Below are positions 12,811-25,400 of a stretch of DNA of 64,000 nt, in pieces. This DNA comes from Gnetum montanum. Its lineage: Eukaryota > Plantae > Gnetophyta. The stretch spans positions 92,472 to 156,471 of the forward strand of contig MNCI01001743.1 in assembly GCA_015680685.1 (NCBI GenBank). The letters run 5' to 3'. Position numbers and translations under genes: made by a program. Position 1 is the stretch's first letter. Each line of letters begins with the position of its first letter. Under the pieces are notes generated by a model, which was not told the DNA's origin, did not search any database, and was given only the letters and a program-made list of their open reading frames with translations.

Positions 12811-14309
12811 GTGTCAGTACCATTAGTTAACTATGTCAACATTGACCGAGGTTCGAAGGTGGAGTTTCAAGAGGAAACCCCCAACACTTAGACTAGGGCC
12901 AACCACAAGGAGAACAACAACGATAAGAATAGTGCCAACTTTGTGACACAAGACACTCAATGAAAATGCCTACAACTTGCCATGCTAAATGAGAGAAACA
13001 GTGACCATAGGATCATGCCAAAAGGATTCCTTGATTTCTCAAAGATTAAGCAACAAGTTCATGGTAAACATCTCATCCATTCTTTTGCCAATCATTTGTT
13101 TACCCTTACAACATTATATCATGTTTCAATGTTGGGTCTAGCCTTATGTGCTCTTTCAAGAGCATCCCATACCTGCTAGGCAAGTATGGACTATGGCCCG
13201 CAAAGGCCTAAAACTAGCAACCCTATGGCCTACTAAGCCCTTAAACTGGCAATAGCAATGGCCTTAAACTGGAAAATATTTTTCTTGTTTACAACTTAGT
13301 TTACATCCTTGTAGCCTACAAAATAACAGTTTACAACCGAAAATACTAAAATGACCATTTGCAACTGAAAATATGAAAATGACTATTTGTGACCGAAAAT
13401 AGGAAAATGATTGTTTAAAACCAAAAACATGGAAATGACAATGTAGAACTAAAATTTCAGTTTTCATGTTATATTCCATACTTAGAAAAACTCAAAACAG
13501 AACCCAAGTCCATAAACCAAGATTCAAAAGAATTGAACAACAACACTAGAACTGTAAGGGATGGCCGCAGTAAACAGTAAATAAAAAATATTTTAAAAAA
13601 AATTATTTCAATCCAAACCACCTCTAAACCCTTCCCAACACTTCGGAAAATCCCCAAGACCATGGGACATTGGTGGGAAAAATTTTCCAAAGTCTCAACG
13701 TTACCCATCTTCACAAGGGTAAATGCATAATATCCTTAGAACTTTGATTTCGCATGGCTTTACGGGGACATCCGTAAAAACTTAACCACTTAACAAAATT
13801 CAATGATTTTGCAGCAGTTGGAATCATACAACCATGAACTACAACCTCATACCAAGAAAACATAAAAACTCTTAACTGTTTTTTCAGAAAAACTTGCAAA
13901 AGTGACATGCCCGTGGCCATCATAGGCAAAACCCCATTTCACACAAGCTGACGGAAACACTCACCAAGAACAAACCGTTCCTCAAAATTCAATGATTCCA
14001 CAGCCGTTGGAATCCTTGAACAATGAACTAAAAACCCATAACATTAAAACTTGAAAATTTATAACCGTTTACTACAGAAAAAATGCCAAATTTACACCAA
14101 AAACAGACCAACAAAACATGACTACCCTGGGATGTAGGACTTCCAGGCCTGACTATGCTAGAGAAGCCTTGGAATATATCACATATTCTATTGATTCCCA
14201 AAACCCAATCCCCAGCCATGACAAGACCTCCCAACCAAGACTAGCAAGCAAGTATTGACAAACAAGGGGTTGCAAGAAGCTTCAAAATTCACATGAGAAA
14301 TTGATTCAA

Positions 14310-17270
14310 CATAGGACTACATTGGCCTTGAGGATGGACTATGTTGGCCCAGTGTAGTCCAGTAAGACATCTTGCTTCCCTTCAACCCCAAGCAACCCAT
14401 CCATTCCATCCAGCTTCCAGTCGACCTCGAATAGCCATACCATCTCTCCAAACCCTAGTCTTAGCTCTCAGCAAGCTTGAGACATGGCCAAATGCAGCAA
14501 ATGGTGCCACTTTTTCCATCTTCCCCATCACTATGTTGGGATAACCCACAGACTACGCTATGCTAGTGTAGTCCTAGGGTTTAAGGGGTCAAGGGTACCA
14601 TGCAGACCATAACACACCTCCAACATTGCCTCTCAAAGTCTCCACACCTCTCCAAGACCCCTAGTGACCTCAAACTATCGATTGATCGACCAAAAAACCC
14701 AAAGAAAACCCACAAATCTATGCTCCCACATGGGAGTACGCTGGAGACTGAGAGGACTATGTTGGGCCAACATGGTCCCAGTAGATGCCCAACAAAGTCC
14801 ACAAAAAATCAACAAAATTGGCATGTACAACCTCAACAACCTTCAGTAAACCATGGAACTCTATCCAAGCATGTTGGACTTCGAAACTTGCAGTTTTTTA
14901 CCACTTTTCAGAACCTTAACCTAGACTACACTGGGTGGGAAGTTGGAACTATGTTGGGCCAGCATAGTCCCTGCCCAAGGCCCAACGTAGTCCACTCAAA
15001 ATCACTAAAACATACCAAAAATGATGCAACTTGACTGCAGTAAACCCTAAAATGCTAGTTTAGGCTTCTCTGACCATAAAACCTAGTTTCCTTCACAGTT
15101 TTGGCATACATCACATGGACTACACTAATGGGAAGAGGAAGACTATGCTGGGCTAGCGTGGTCCCAGCCCAAGGCCCAACGTAGTCCCCCAAAAATTGGT
15201 AAAAGACACCAAAAACCATGTAAATCAACCTCCCAAAACCCTGAAATGCCACTTGAGGTTGCCATACAACAAATTTTGCTTTTTATTTCACCATTCTTGC
15301 CCTTCCTAACCTTGACTACGCTGGAGGGATAGGAGGACTATGCTAGGCCAACATAGTCCTAGGCAGAGCCCAACGTTGTCCTCAAAAAATTGATTAAAAC
15401 TCAAAAATGCCTTAAAACTACTTTCAATAAACGCTAAAATCCTATTTGATTTTGTTTAGCATAGAATCCACAATTTTCCATCATTTCTCATCATGTCCAC
15501 CTTGACTATGCTAGATGGAACTTGGGACTACACTGGCCTAGCATAGTGCCTGCAAGAGCCTAGCATAGTCCCCCAAAAAATTGATGAAAACTTGTTTTAA
15601 ATGACCTAAAACTACTATCGACAAACCCTAGAAGCCTATCTAAGCCTATGTGACTTTAAAACTTGCAGTTTTCACAATCTTTGGCAATCTCAACCTTGAC
15701 TATGCTAAGACAAGGTTAAGACTACGCTGGGCCAGCATAGTCATTGCCCAGGCCCAGCATAGTCCATAGAAAACAAACCAAAACTTTTAAAAATTGACCT
15801 AAGTTCACTACCAAAAAACCCTAGAACCTTGTTAGAAACCTCTATCAACCATGGAAACTCCTATAAACCATCCCAAGCCTGGACTATGCTGATGGGAAGA
15901 TGCAACTACACTAGGCCAATGTAATCCCATCTCAAGCCCAGCATAGTCCACATCATGAACTCCATACTAGGTGAAAACCAACCAAGAAACCACCTCTTTC
16001 AAACCTTGTCGAGGCACACCAGGACCATCATACCTTGGAATTGACACAAATTTCATCATTTTTAGACTCTCAAACCTTGAATACGCTGAGGAAGGATTGT
16101 GATTACACTGGCCCAACGTAGTCCCTCTCAAACCTTAGCGTAGCCCACACCAAACTGCCCAAGGTTGACCAAACAAGCATCAAATCCACTTCTAATCAAG
16201 CCTAGCATACCACCAGAGCCTGTCTTGCCATGGAACCCACCTTCTCTCATCATTTTTGACCCTTAAACCCTGACTACACTGAGGATGGATTAGGACTACA
16301 TGGATCGGAACTACACTGGGCCAACGTAGTCCCTCTCCAGCCCAACGTAGTCCTCATAAACTTGCCAAAAAATTGACAAAATGACTTAAAGTGCACTTCT
16401 AGGAGTCTTGGGGCCCACCGGAGTCAACTTTAGTAGTGAAACTCAATTTCTCAACTTTTCCAATTTGACTACGCTAAAGGAGAATTGGGACTACGCTAGC
16501 AGCGTAGTCCCTACCCAAGCCCAGTGTAGTCCACTTGGAAGTGATCAAAATTTCTTAAAAGCTACCCAAATCAACCCTCAAAATGACCCAGAACCCTGTT
16601 GAAGCATGCACAAACATTGGAACCCTGGGAAACAAGCCAAAGTTCATTCTTTTTCAACTTTTTCCCATTTGGAATCCTTGACTATGCTGGGAACTGCATG
16701 CCCAATGTAGTCCCATGGTATTTGAGGATCCAAGATCCAAACATGCATGAAAATTAGCAATTTTGCCACTAAAGCCTATTAAGACGTTGATCGAGCTCCA
16801 GAACTCATCAAAATCCATTTTCCATGCAGGACTACACTGAAGAAACTAGTGACTATGTTGGGCTAGCATAGTCCCAGTGGAGAGGAAAAATGTGGCAACA
16901 AAAATCAATAGTAAGCAGCTCAAAATGACCAAAAATTGACCCAAAAATGACCAGAACCCTGCACCATGTCATCCAACTCCAATTCCACCTCATTTCAGCC
17001 CTATAAACCTCATAAAACTCATTCATTCCTTGTGGCTATGCTAGGGCCTGCTAGCCCAACGTAGTCACCTCTGAAAACAAGCTTTTCCACCTTCTAAGAG
17101 GTCAAAACAATGCCAAAACTTGCTGCTTTACAATACCTACCCCCTACGCTGGTTGTTTAGACCCCTAGGAGCTGAAAGGTGACCATACTAAGCCATGGAA
17201 ATTGTCTATGAATATGGACTACGCTAGGCCAACGTAGTCACTAGTAGGGCCCAACATAGTCACAAGAAAA
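14310..17270. repeat. Degenerate tandem array, ~190-bp unit with GACTACGCT/AGCGTAGTC inverted boxes
   Basis: Units start near 14920, 15117, 15310, 15500, 15695, 15880, 16075, 16270, 16465, 16677; most have two GACTA(C/T)(G/A)CT boxes followed by two reverse-complement boxes. Confidence 0.85.
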
Positions 17271-17984
17271 AGTACCAATTTTATCTCAAAATAGTCCCGA
17301 AATGACCCCCAAACACACACCCCCCCCCCCCCCCACAACAACCCTATAGGCCCATGCCATGGCCTGCTAAGGCCTAAAACTAGCAAAATTTAACCTTGTT
17401 TATCTAGTATAAACCAATTTTTACCATATGTATTCCATTCCCACAAATTTGACCTTATTTTGCATTGTTCACCATCTTTCTCATCAATTGACTTCATGTA
17501 GCCACTATATAACTTCATGTTTTACCATATTCACTTTATTTTCTCAATTATGGCCTTTGTTGACCTGTGCTTGGCCTTGGATTGGTGTTAAAATGATGGG
17601 GTCTGACCATCTTTGACCATCATTTGACACCATGTAACCATGGCCGGCCAAGGCATTAAACTAGCACCATGGCCTGCTAAGGCCTAAAACTGGCAAAATT
17701 GTAACCATAGTTGACCACATTTAACCTTATGTTTTGCACATTGATTGGTTTAGCCTTATCTCATCATGTTGCAACTTGTTTTGAACCCTATATTTGACCT
17801 TTTTGTTCCCATCATTTAGCCTTTGTTTGACCTCTTAGAGCCTTTGTTGAGCTTGTTTGACCACCAGAATCCATGTTTTGGCTAAGTACCATAGTATTCC
17901 ATCTCATTTTGGCATTATTTTTTCATGTTACCCAAGTGCTACTTAATGTGCTTATGGTGGATATGCATGATTGAAGTATGGACA

Positions 17985-18202
17985 CCACAGCATTATTGTA
18001 ACCTCAAAAAGCACAAGATCAAGAAAGGGGACCTAGTCCTCAAAGCCATCCACAAGCATGCGGACAAATTCTCAGAAAACTAGGAAGGGCCTTCTTGATC
18101 ACCAAGGCCTATGACAACAAGGCCTACCAAATAGCAAACATGGATGGGAATGAGTTGCCCAATCTGGTTAATCATTCCTATCTAAAGTCATATTACATGT
18201 AG
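17985..18202 (+). pseudogene. Integrase C-terminal (GPY/F) fragment
   Basis: KIKKGDLVLK...KFSEN*EGP/FLITKAYDNKAYQIANMDGNELPNLVNHSYLKSYY. Confidence 0.8.
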
Positions 18203-18756
18203 CTAACAACCACCAACAAGTGAGCCTACTTACCATGGCCTGCTGAGGCCTTAAACTAGCAATACGGCCTACCAAGGTCTTAAACTAGCATCATGTGACA
18301 TTTGATAGCCAAATTTGCTGATATGTCCTACGTGGCCTTATGTATTTCATTATAACAACATGATTTCTCTGTCTGGTTTTCTTGGAGTTGTGCTTGTAGG
18401 ATAAAGCCTAAAGTCATCATGGAGGCGCAACTCATCGCGACAAGAAGTCGCCATGTGACATCAATGCACAAAATTCAGTGGGTTTGTCCTACCATAGCAA
18501 GAGTGCTTGTTCCACACCCTTTTCATTACCATTCCCCGTAAGCCCAAACTCGTAACTTGATTATAACCTTCCTTACATTGGATGAAAATGTTGACTAATG
18601 TTTGACACTCATGCACCATGGCCCTATGACATCCCTTTGTCATACTCCACCATCAAGCTCATTGAATGTAACACATCGCACTCAATGGGAAAACCAAATA
18701 AAAAATAGCTTTGGCAATGAAACCCATTGAAGGTTCCACCCCCACAAAAAAAAATG

Positions 18757-20004
18757 GGGGAAGCAAATTGCCAAGAAACCAAATGGCCAATGAAGCCTAA
18801 AGGACCAATCAATGGCTTCAAACATACAAGGGAAGGACCTTATTAGCCAAAGAAATCTTGGCAAGACATGTTGGTTCCTCAAACGCATTTGCTATGTGAA
18901 CCACACCTCAAAGTACGAAGTGCCAAGGTTTACCGATTAACCAACATGTTTGTGCCACACTATAGCCATGATGTCAACATTTGGAATGCATTGTTAGCCT
19001 TCATGACCATTTCACTATGACCTCATTGCCATTTCACCATCATAACCTTCTCCCATCATCACAAGCACTCTTGAGCATGGTTTGACACTACTAAATCAAG
19101 CGCAAAGAGAGAACGTCAGTGATGGACCTGCAATGGTGTTTTGTATTCTTTGTCAATGTCTCTCAAGTCAATCCTCCAGACATTAACAAAGAGGAACCAA
19201 TGAAACACCACAAAAAAATCATGTTGCAACCTTCATTTCCCAACTTGAGGCAAGGATTCATTGTAAATGTAAGATTTGTAGTCCATGAGCTACAATCTTG
19301 CATACTTCAACTTTTTGGGGCTGAAAGATGCTTCAAAAATTATTATTGCCTCACTTCCCAAGTACAAAAAGGTACCTAATGGGGAAGCAAATTGCCAAGA
19401 AACCAAATGGCCAATGAAGCCTAAAGGACCAATCAATGGCTTCAAACATACAAGGGAAGGACCTTATTAGCCAAAGAAATCTTGGCAAGACATGTTGGTT
19501 CCTCAAACGCATTTGCTATGTGAACCACACCTCAAAGTACGAAGTGCCAAGGTTTACCGATTAACCAACATGTTTGTGCCACACTATAGCCATGATGTCA
19601 ACATTTGGAATGCATTGTTAGCCTTCATGACCATTTCACTATGACCTCATTGCCATTTCACCATCATAACCTTCTCCCATCATCACAAGCACTCTTGAGC
19701 ATGGTTTGACACTACTAAATCAAGCGCAAAGAGAGAACGTCAGTGATGGACCTGCAATGGTGTTTTGTATTCTTTGTCAATGTCTCTCAAGTCAATCCTC
19801 CAGACATTAACAAAGAGGAACCAATGAAACACCACAAAAAAATCATGTTGCAACCTTCATTTCCCAACTTGAGGCAAGGATTCATTGTAAATGTAAGATT
19901 TGTAGTCCATGAGCTACAATCTTGCATACTTCAACTTTTTGGGGCTGAAAGATGCTTCAAAAATTATTATTGCCTCACTTCCCAAGTACAAAAAGGTACC
20001 TAAT
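18757..20004 (+). repeat. Apparently perfect 624-bp tandem duplication
   Basis: 18757-19380 = 19381-20004; identical ORFs at 19119 and 19743. Confidence 0.9.
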
Positions 20005-20230
20005 GTCTATATCTAGACTTGGGAAGGCTGAAAATGCCTTGGGAATGGCTAAAATTGGCATTTCCATTGTTTTTTGTAGGGGTATAGCCCCAACTACGCT
20101 GGAACCATTTTTAGTAGCTATAGTAGTCATAGTAGCTACAATAGTCACAGTGGCCACAATAGCCAGCGTAGTCACTACCAAGACCCAACAGAAGTGCAAC
20201 GTTGGAATTGTTGGAATTTCCATTTTCCCA
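19825..20230 (+). repeat. Truncated 3' LTR of the Tat/Ogre-like element
   Basis: Matches 8438-8825. Confidence 0.8.
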
Positions 20231-20953
20231 AGTTTCTGAAATAATCTTCATTTCCTGAAATTATTTGGTTTGATCTTTTGACATATTTCAGAGTTCTTCA
20301 CATTCCCACTGCAATGCTCCCTAGGGCATCTCTAGTTCTCATTTCTTGTACGGTGGATCTACCACTTTGTTCTGAACATTAAATGTGTATGACAATGTTC
20401 CTTTCTTTTTTAAAATAATTAAGGAAAAGGGATTATTGTCTTTCCTCCCACCAAATCAGTGTCATCTACAAAGAAATCTATTGTATTGCTCATGTGTGGC
20501 AAGGCTCTAGGGGAGATGTAACCCTTCCTGCCATTCAAGTCGATCTCTTGCATAGGAAACTATGTTGTTCAAGTTTGATGTTTTGTTTCATGTATTATCA
20601 GAACAGCTCATGCTAGCACTAAGATGGATGTTATTGTTTCCAGCTTAGCATACATTTTTCTGGTTTGGGGCTTGCAGACTCGACAATGCTACTTGGAGGG
20701 ACATGTATTATCTTTTTATGTACAACCAATGAGAGGTGGCTCAAGCAGTTATCTCATTGTATAACAATAGGGTACTAGGTCAAGTTACACTTGAGGCATC
20801 ATTATATTCCTGTATAATTTTTCTAAAGTACAATATTTGTTATGTCTTGGACTGTGCTTATGGTCAAATTGTTTCAGGTTTCAACAAAGGGAAAAAAATA
20901 TAACATTACAAAAGCTAAAAACATCAATGCACTTTCAATATATAGAGTCCTAC

Positions 20954-21045
20954 CAGTTTTTCTCTTTCTACAAAGCCCTTCAGATTCTTGAACTGCTGTA
21001 CCATTGATCTCATCTGGTGGATCTTTTTCGCAGCTTTCTTCACAT
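20954..21045 (-). CDS. FRA10AC1: FRA10AC1-like protein, low-complexity C-terminal exon
   Basis: tttgcag|A TGT GAA...ACT G|gtagga encodes CEESCEKDPPDEINGTAVQESEGLCRKRKT; in phase with the previous exon, but no conserved motif. Confidence 0.65.
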
Positions 21046-21169
21046 CTGCAAATCAACAGATGAGAGGAAAATTAAAATGTTAAAAATTGGGAAAAACATT
21101 CTCTATACACACTATAGTCAATTTAAAAAAAAAAACAGTAATTTTAAAATTGAATATTAAAAAATTTGC

Positions 21170-21250
21170 CTCATTCTTTTGTGTCTCTCAGATTTTCGTG
21201 ACTCCATTCTCTTTTCTCTTGCGTTCTTGTAGCTCAATTTTGCAGCACAC
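21170..21250 (-). CDS. FRA10AC1: FRA10AC1-like protein, internal exon
   Basis: ctaatag|G TGT GCT...ATG AG|gcaaat encodes (R)CAAKLSYKNAREKRMESRKSERHKRM(R), completing the CxxCxxKLxYK motif; GC donor. Confidence 0.8.
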
Positions 21251-21759
21251 CTATTAGTGTCAGAAGAACAAAAAATCTTAAATGTAAATGTGTAGTATAA
21301 GCACTGGTTAACAGACAAAAGGTTTTCTGTGTAAGCATACCTAAGAGTTTACGATACAAATGGCATTATGCAAATCACTAATTAAAAGTCAAAAATACCG
21401 CATTCAATTTCAAAACTAAATTGTCTTAAAACACTGCAAATGCTTTGTTCTATATTAACATTGGTTCAAAGATGTAAAAAATCTTTTCTATATCAAAAGA
21501 TTGATAAAGGTTCAATTATGGTAAAAGTGATTCCTTTTTTATAAGGGTTCAATTATGGTAAAAATGATTCCTTTTATTCTCGAATAGGTGAAAAGAAGAT
21601 TTTATTTTATTAATAATACAATTTTGGAGCAAACCAGAAATTTCTTGATATTTTAATTGCCACAAGGAGCCCATGAACCACAAAACCATATGATAATACG
21701 CAGAATCAAAACAAAAAAATATCTGTACTTTCCATTTCACACGTGCAAGAATAAAGCAA

Positions 21760-23100
21760 ATAGAATTCCGCACCTCCTATCATGCCAAAAACCCACAATC
21801 TCGCAATAAGCCCTAAAGTTTCATTGATTCTTGGCAGCTTTACATGTAAATAAAGCCTCTCATCTTGGCTCAAGTTAACTAACTTATCAAGCTGCAGAGA
21901 TGTTGCCCTGCACCTCACCATGTCTCTGATGCTAGGCATAGATGACTCTGCTCATCCTCAGCTCCACATAGGAGCATTAATTGTCTTTAAACCGTTGTTT
22001 GACCATGGTCTCAAGCCCCTTCAGCAACCTTCTTTTCATCTCTTGTCTCTCTGCCTCCGTTTCTCCTCGTGGGCTCAAATCCTTGATTCTTAATGGCCTC
22101 TAGCAACCTCTACCTTCAATTGTCAGCGATACTACTGTTGATGATGGAGAGCCTCCTTCTATCATTCCTCCTATTATTGTCTGCGGCTCTCCTTCTCCTC
22201 CCTAGTGGCTTCTTGCTTGCACTCCTTGAGTTAGGTCCTAAGCTCCTACATCTCAATCAGTAGTCTCCTTTGCACCTCAAATTTCTGGTACACCAAAATG
22301 TCTTTAGTGGCCCTAAGAATTTCTGTTCTCATAAATTTTGCAGCCTCTTCTCTAACGCAGGGTTCAAACTCATGCTTTTCTTTCTCCACGTGCTTGTTTA
22401 TCTCAACTTGAATGATCCAGTAAAGGATTTCTTCAAATGCGGCAATGTCAGCTTCTCTGCCCAACACTCCTTGCTCATCCTCCAGAATAACCTATTTCTA
22501 GGCAAATGCAGTAGCACACTCTAACTACAAGGAGGATAACATTCGTTGCTCAAACATGCAAGGTTGTCTCTAAGAGTAGAAGAGGCAGAATCGCCAAGGC
22601 AAAAGAGGAGCAGTGGCCTCAATAGGATGCGCAGCAAAATCTACATTGGCCCTTGTTGCTAGCCAAAGTGCTACAACCCCTACTCCACATTCTGCAAGGC
22701 CTGTATGATTTGTGATGCTTCCAGGACTATAACCTTCGTAGTAATCATGGTATCATCTAAATAATGATAAACCAAACTACTTATTCCTTCCACCTACAAT
22801 GCTTTGACACCAGCAGGGTTCAAATAAGTATGCATAGTATCTATGGTAAAGATAAAAAGATATTGGGTAAGTGAGTCTCCATACTCAAGACCCCTGTAGA
22901 TGTTGACAATCTGCCAAAGTCTGCTGTTGATATCCATGGATGAACCTTGTATATGTTGGATGCTGATGCAGAGGCACACAAACCTATTATTAAATCATTT
23001 CCTAAGCATGATGTTCTACAATGCGTCCTACCTTAAATAGACATACAACTTAGCAATATCCAACTTTAGGAACATTCCTGGGAACCTATACTTATCTATG
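21760..23100 (-). mobile_element. Internally deleted LINE: RT fragment, coiled coil, J-domain
   Basis: FPGMFLKLDIAK, GLEYGDSLTQYLF, HYLDDTM (22680-23100); E/K/R-rich segment; CSYVELRMS/ESSMPSIRDMVRCRATSLQLDK...KLPRINE at 21976-21790. Confidence 0.75.
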
Positions 23101-23109
23101 TTGTGGTGG

Positions 23110-23540
23110 GGGTGGAGAGAACACCCACCACAACATGGGATCAAATCGAGACTACCTCAAAGAACCAAATTTACAAAGTAGGGTGGGCAGCACCCCACCA
23201 CCATTAGCATCACCACAATAGGGCTCTTTAGGCAACCTAAACCTCAATTAAAACCAAGATCTACAAAGCCCCAAAACCAAACCAGACAACCTTTGGAAAA
23301 CCGATAGAACTAACAAGTCATACTGGAAACTGCAGAGTTCTCCAACAGTGGGAAGGCATCTCCTGTCTATGCATCTTATTCAGGACATCTCTTTCCTCCT
23401 CAAAAGATAGAAACCTTACCGCTTGCTGAAAATTTTTAAATTTTTTCTCTTGTTGGTCTTGCACATGCTTGGCCAGGTGATGTATCTTCTCCAGGGCCAT
23501 CGTACATAACTTTTGTTTGATGTACTTAAGGTTATCAACA
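23110..23540 (-). mobile_element. LINE 3' fragment with divergent J-domain-like C-terminal half
   Basis: EKKFKNFQQAVRFLSFEEERDVLNKMH...PSHC*, followed by a G/T-rich UTR like the other copies. Confidence 0.55.
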
Positions 23541-24317
23541 AGATGCAGAGCTAGATGACTGTAAATGCTCATCTCACAGTAGCAGCAGCAAAAACAGCAT
23601 CAGCTAAACGATGAAGAAGTTAGATTCACATTCAACTTTTAGTTATAGCTTAGCTCTGTTGAGCCTTCTCTTCTTCTGCTTGCTTCCTTGTTTTATTGAG
23701 TCTGCTCTCTGCTACGTTTTGCTTCTCGTAGTGTAGCGTTGCCCTGAATTCAGGCAAGATCATCATGGCTTGCTACAGTGCTTTTCATTTGGACTGCTTT
23801 TTTCTTCTTTTTTTTTGGCCCATGTGATGCGAGAAGGCTAAAGAGTTTTGCTTTATGGTTGTTATTACTACTAGTTCTTGTGTGGGCGGTTGATTTGAAG
23901 AGCAATTCCTACTGCGACCAAGGGTGTAGTGGACCAGTACCTAAAGCTTGACAACTAAGTGAGATATCACATCCGCGATGGCTTTTGTTGCAAGGCTTTT
24001 TTGCCTTTTGCCTTTCCCTATGCATGGTAATTCTGCCACGTTGCCATTTTCTTTTTTTATATATTTAATTTTCATGTGGCCATTTTAGGTAGAAAACTTT
24101 TTATGATTACCTTCAAAGCAATTTAAAAGATGGAAAGTTGAATGAAACTTTAATATAAAATAAGATATTGCACTACAGGGATGACTTGGATAGCATTTCT
24201 GAATGCCAACTTAGAGTGAGAGGAAGACTAGTTCATTCCCAAAACCTGGGAATAGCCTGGTCAGGATTGTAGATTACAAACTTGTGACACAGTGTGCCTC
24301 CTGTGTCTTTACTGTCC

Positions 24318-25400
24318 TTTTTTTTAGCAAAATGGGGGAAAGGATCACCCAGCAGGAACATAACAAAAGGGGTAACACCCCTAAACAAACTTAGACAAAA
24401 CAACTAAACAAACAGAAGGAAAACAGGAAACATGGTTCCCTAGACTGTTAATAGGCAATCATAAAGCACTAACAAAAACAAAACAAAACAAAGAAACTGT
24501 GCACAACTAACACCCCCTACTGCTAGTGGGGCAAATGTGCACACCTGCAGTTCGGCTGGATCTGAGAGTGCAGCAAATCTAGCTGTGCGCAAAGGTCTTG
24601 TGTTTCCACTAAAGCCACCACCTGTTGGAAAATTTTGAATGCCTCCATCTTTCTCGCCCTTTCAACAACAGACCCTTTACCATCCCAATGCAATTTAGCA
24701 AAGGCAAGGCAAATGTGCCAGTGCAATTCTCGCCACATAACTTCATGATTAATCTACATCTGCACATAGGGGCATTTCCCTTTGCTCAGCCACATGGTGG
24801 TGTTTTGTTCATGTGCACATATCAGCTGTAGCTACATCACCTCCTCCTCCTAACACCACCGCTTCCATGGGCCCCCTCCGCCATTGCATTTCCTCCTAAT
24901 GATGCACCCATAGCTCTTCCAGCTATATTTGAAAAGCCTCCTCCCTCGCCTCCCACTTAGCCTCCCACAACCAACGATTGTAGTTCTAGACTCGCTAGCA
25001 GCCACCTCCCTTTCAAGCGCAACCTGCACCCACATCTCAGCCTGCCCCACCCTAGGACCACCAGCATCATGACCAGGCTCCACCCATTTGGCCATAAGCA
25101 CCAAAACAATACACCTAGGAAAAACCTCCTGCACCTCTACAGGCACCGACCATCTACGACGCTGATAGACAACCTGAAAAAGAAGCTAAGACCATACCCC
25201 AACTCCCTCATCATCGTGACAGGACTCACAGCTCTCCATAGAGCCAAGATAAGGCCCAAGTGCTACCCAAAATGTCCTCGCCTTAGCAATGCTAAAAAGA
25301 ACCCTGGAATATTAACTTGGCACCCCATCTGGAGGCACTTCAAGAACACAAAATGAACCCTCTAAAGCTTCGACACATCCTTAGTCTAAGCAAAGAAGAT
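24318..25400 (-). mobile_element. 5'-truncated LINE (extension, J-domain, 3' UTR, A-tail)
   Basis: HFVFLKCLQMGCQVNIPGFFL; WLSKGKCPYVQM*INHEVMWRELHWHICLAFAKLHWDGKG...AFKIFQQ...PNCRCAHLP; T-tract at 24318-24325; same subfamily as 33686-37783. Confidence 0.85.

Larger units (their letters stand above)
8438..20230 (+). mobile_element. Tat/Ogre-like Ty3/gypsy LTR retrotransposon, internally deleted
   Basis: LTR starts TGAAACAC at 8438 and at 19201/19825, after purine-rich aaagaggaaccaa; gag, protease and integrase C-terminus present; RT/RNase H not found; 3' LTR truncated near 20230. Confidence 0.85.

Noticed and set aside
14310-17270. CRISPR-like repeat-spacer array
   Set aside because: Eukaryotic retrotransposon context, no cas genes, degenerate repeats and mutually related spacers.
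18757-20004. 624-bp tandem duplication as a biological event
   Set aside because: The copies look identical in an otherwise decayed element; an assembly artefact is as likely as a recent duplication and cannot be excluded without reads.
20419-20465. Candidate last FRA10AC1 exon (DDTDLVGGKTIIPFP*) after a ttctttgtag acceptor
   Set aside because: The phase fits, but there is no recognisable conserved motif and other acceptors are equally possible; needs transcript data.
23560-24310. Possible LTR or MITE remnant
   Set aside because: No termini, TSD or second copy found in the window.
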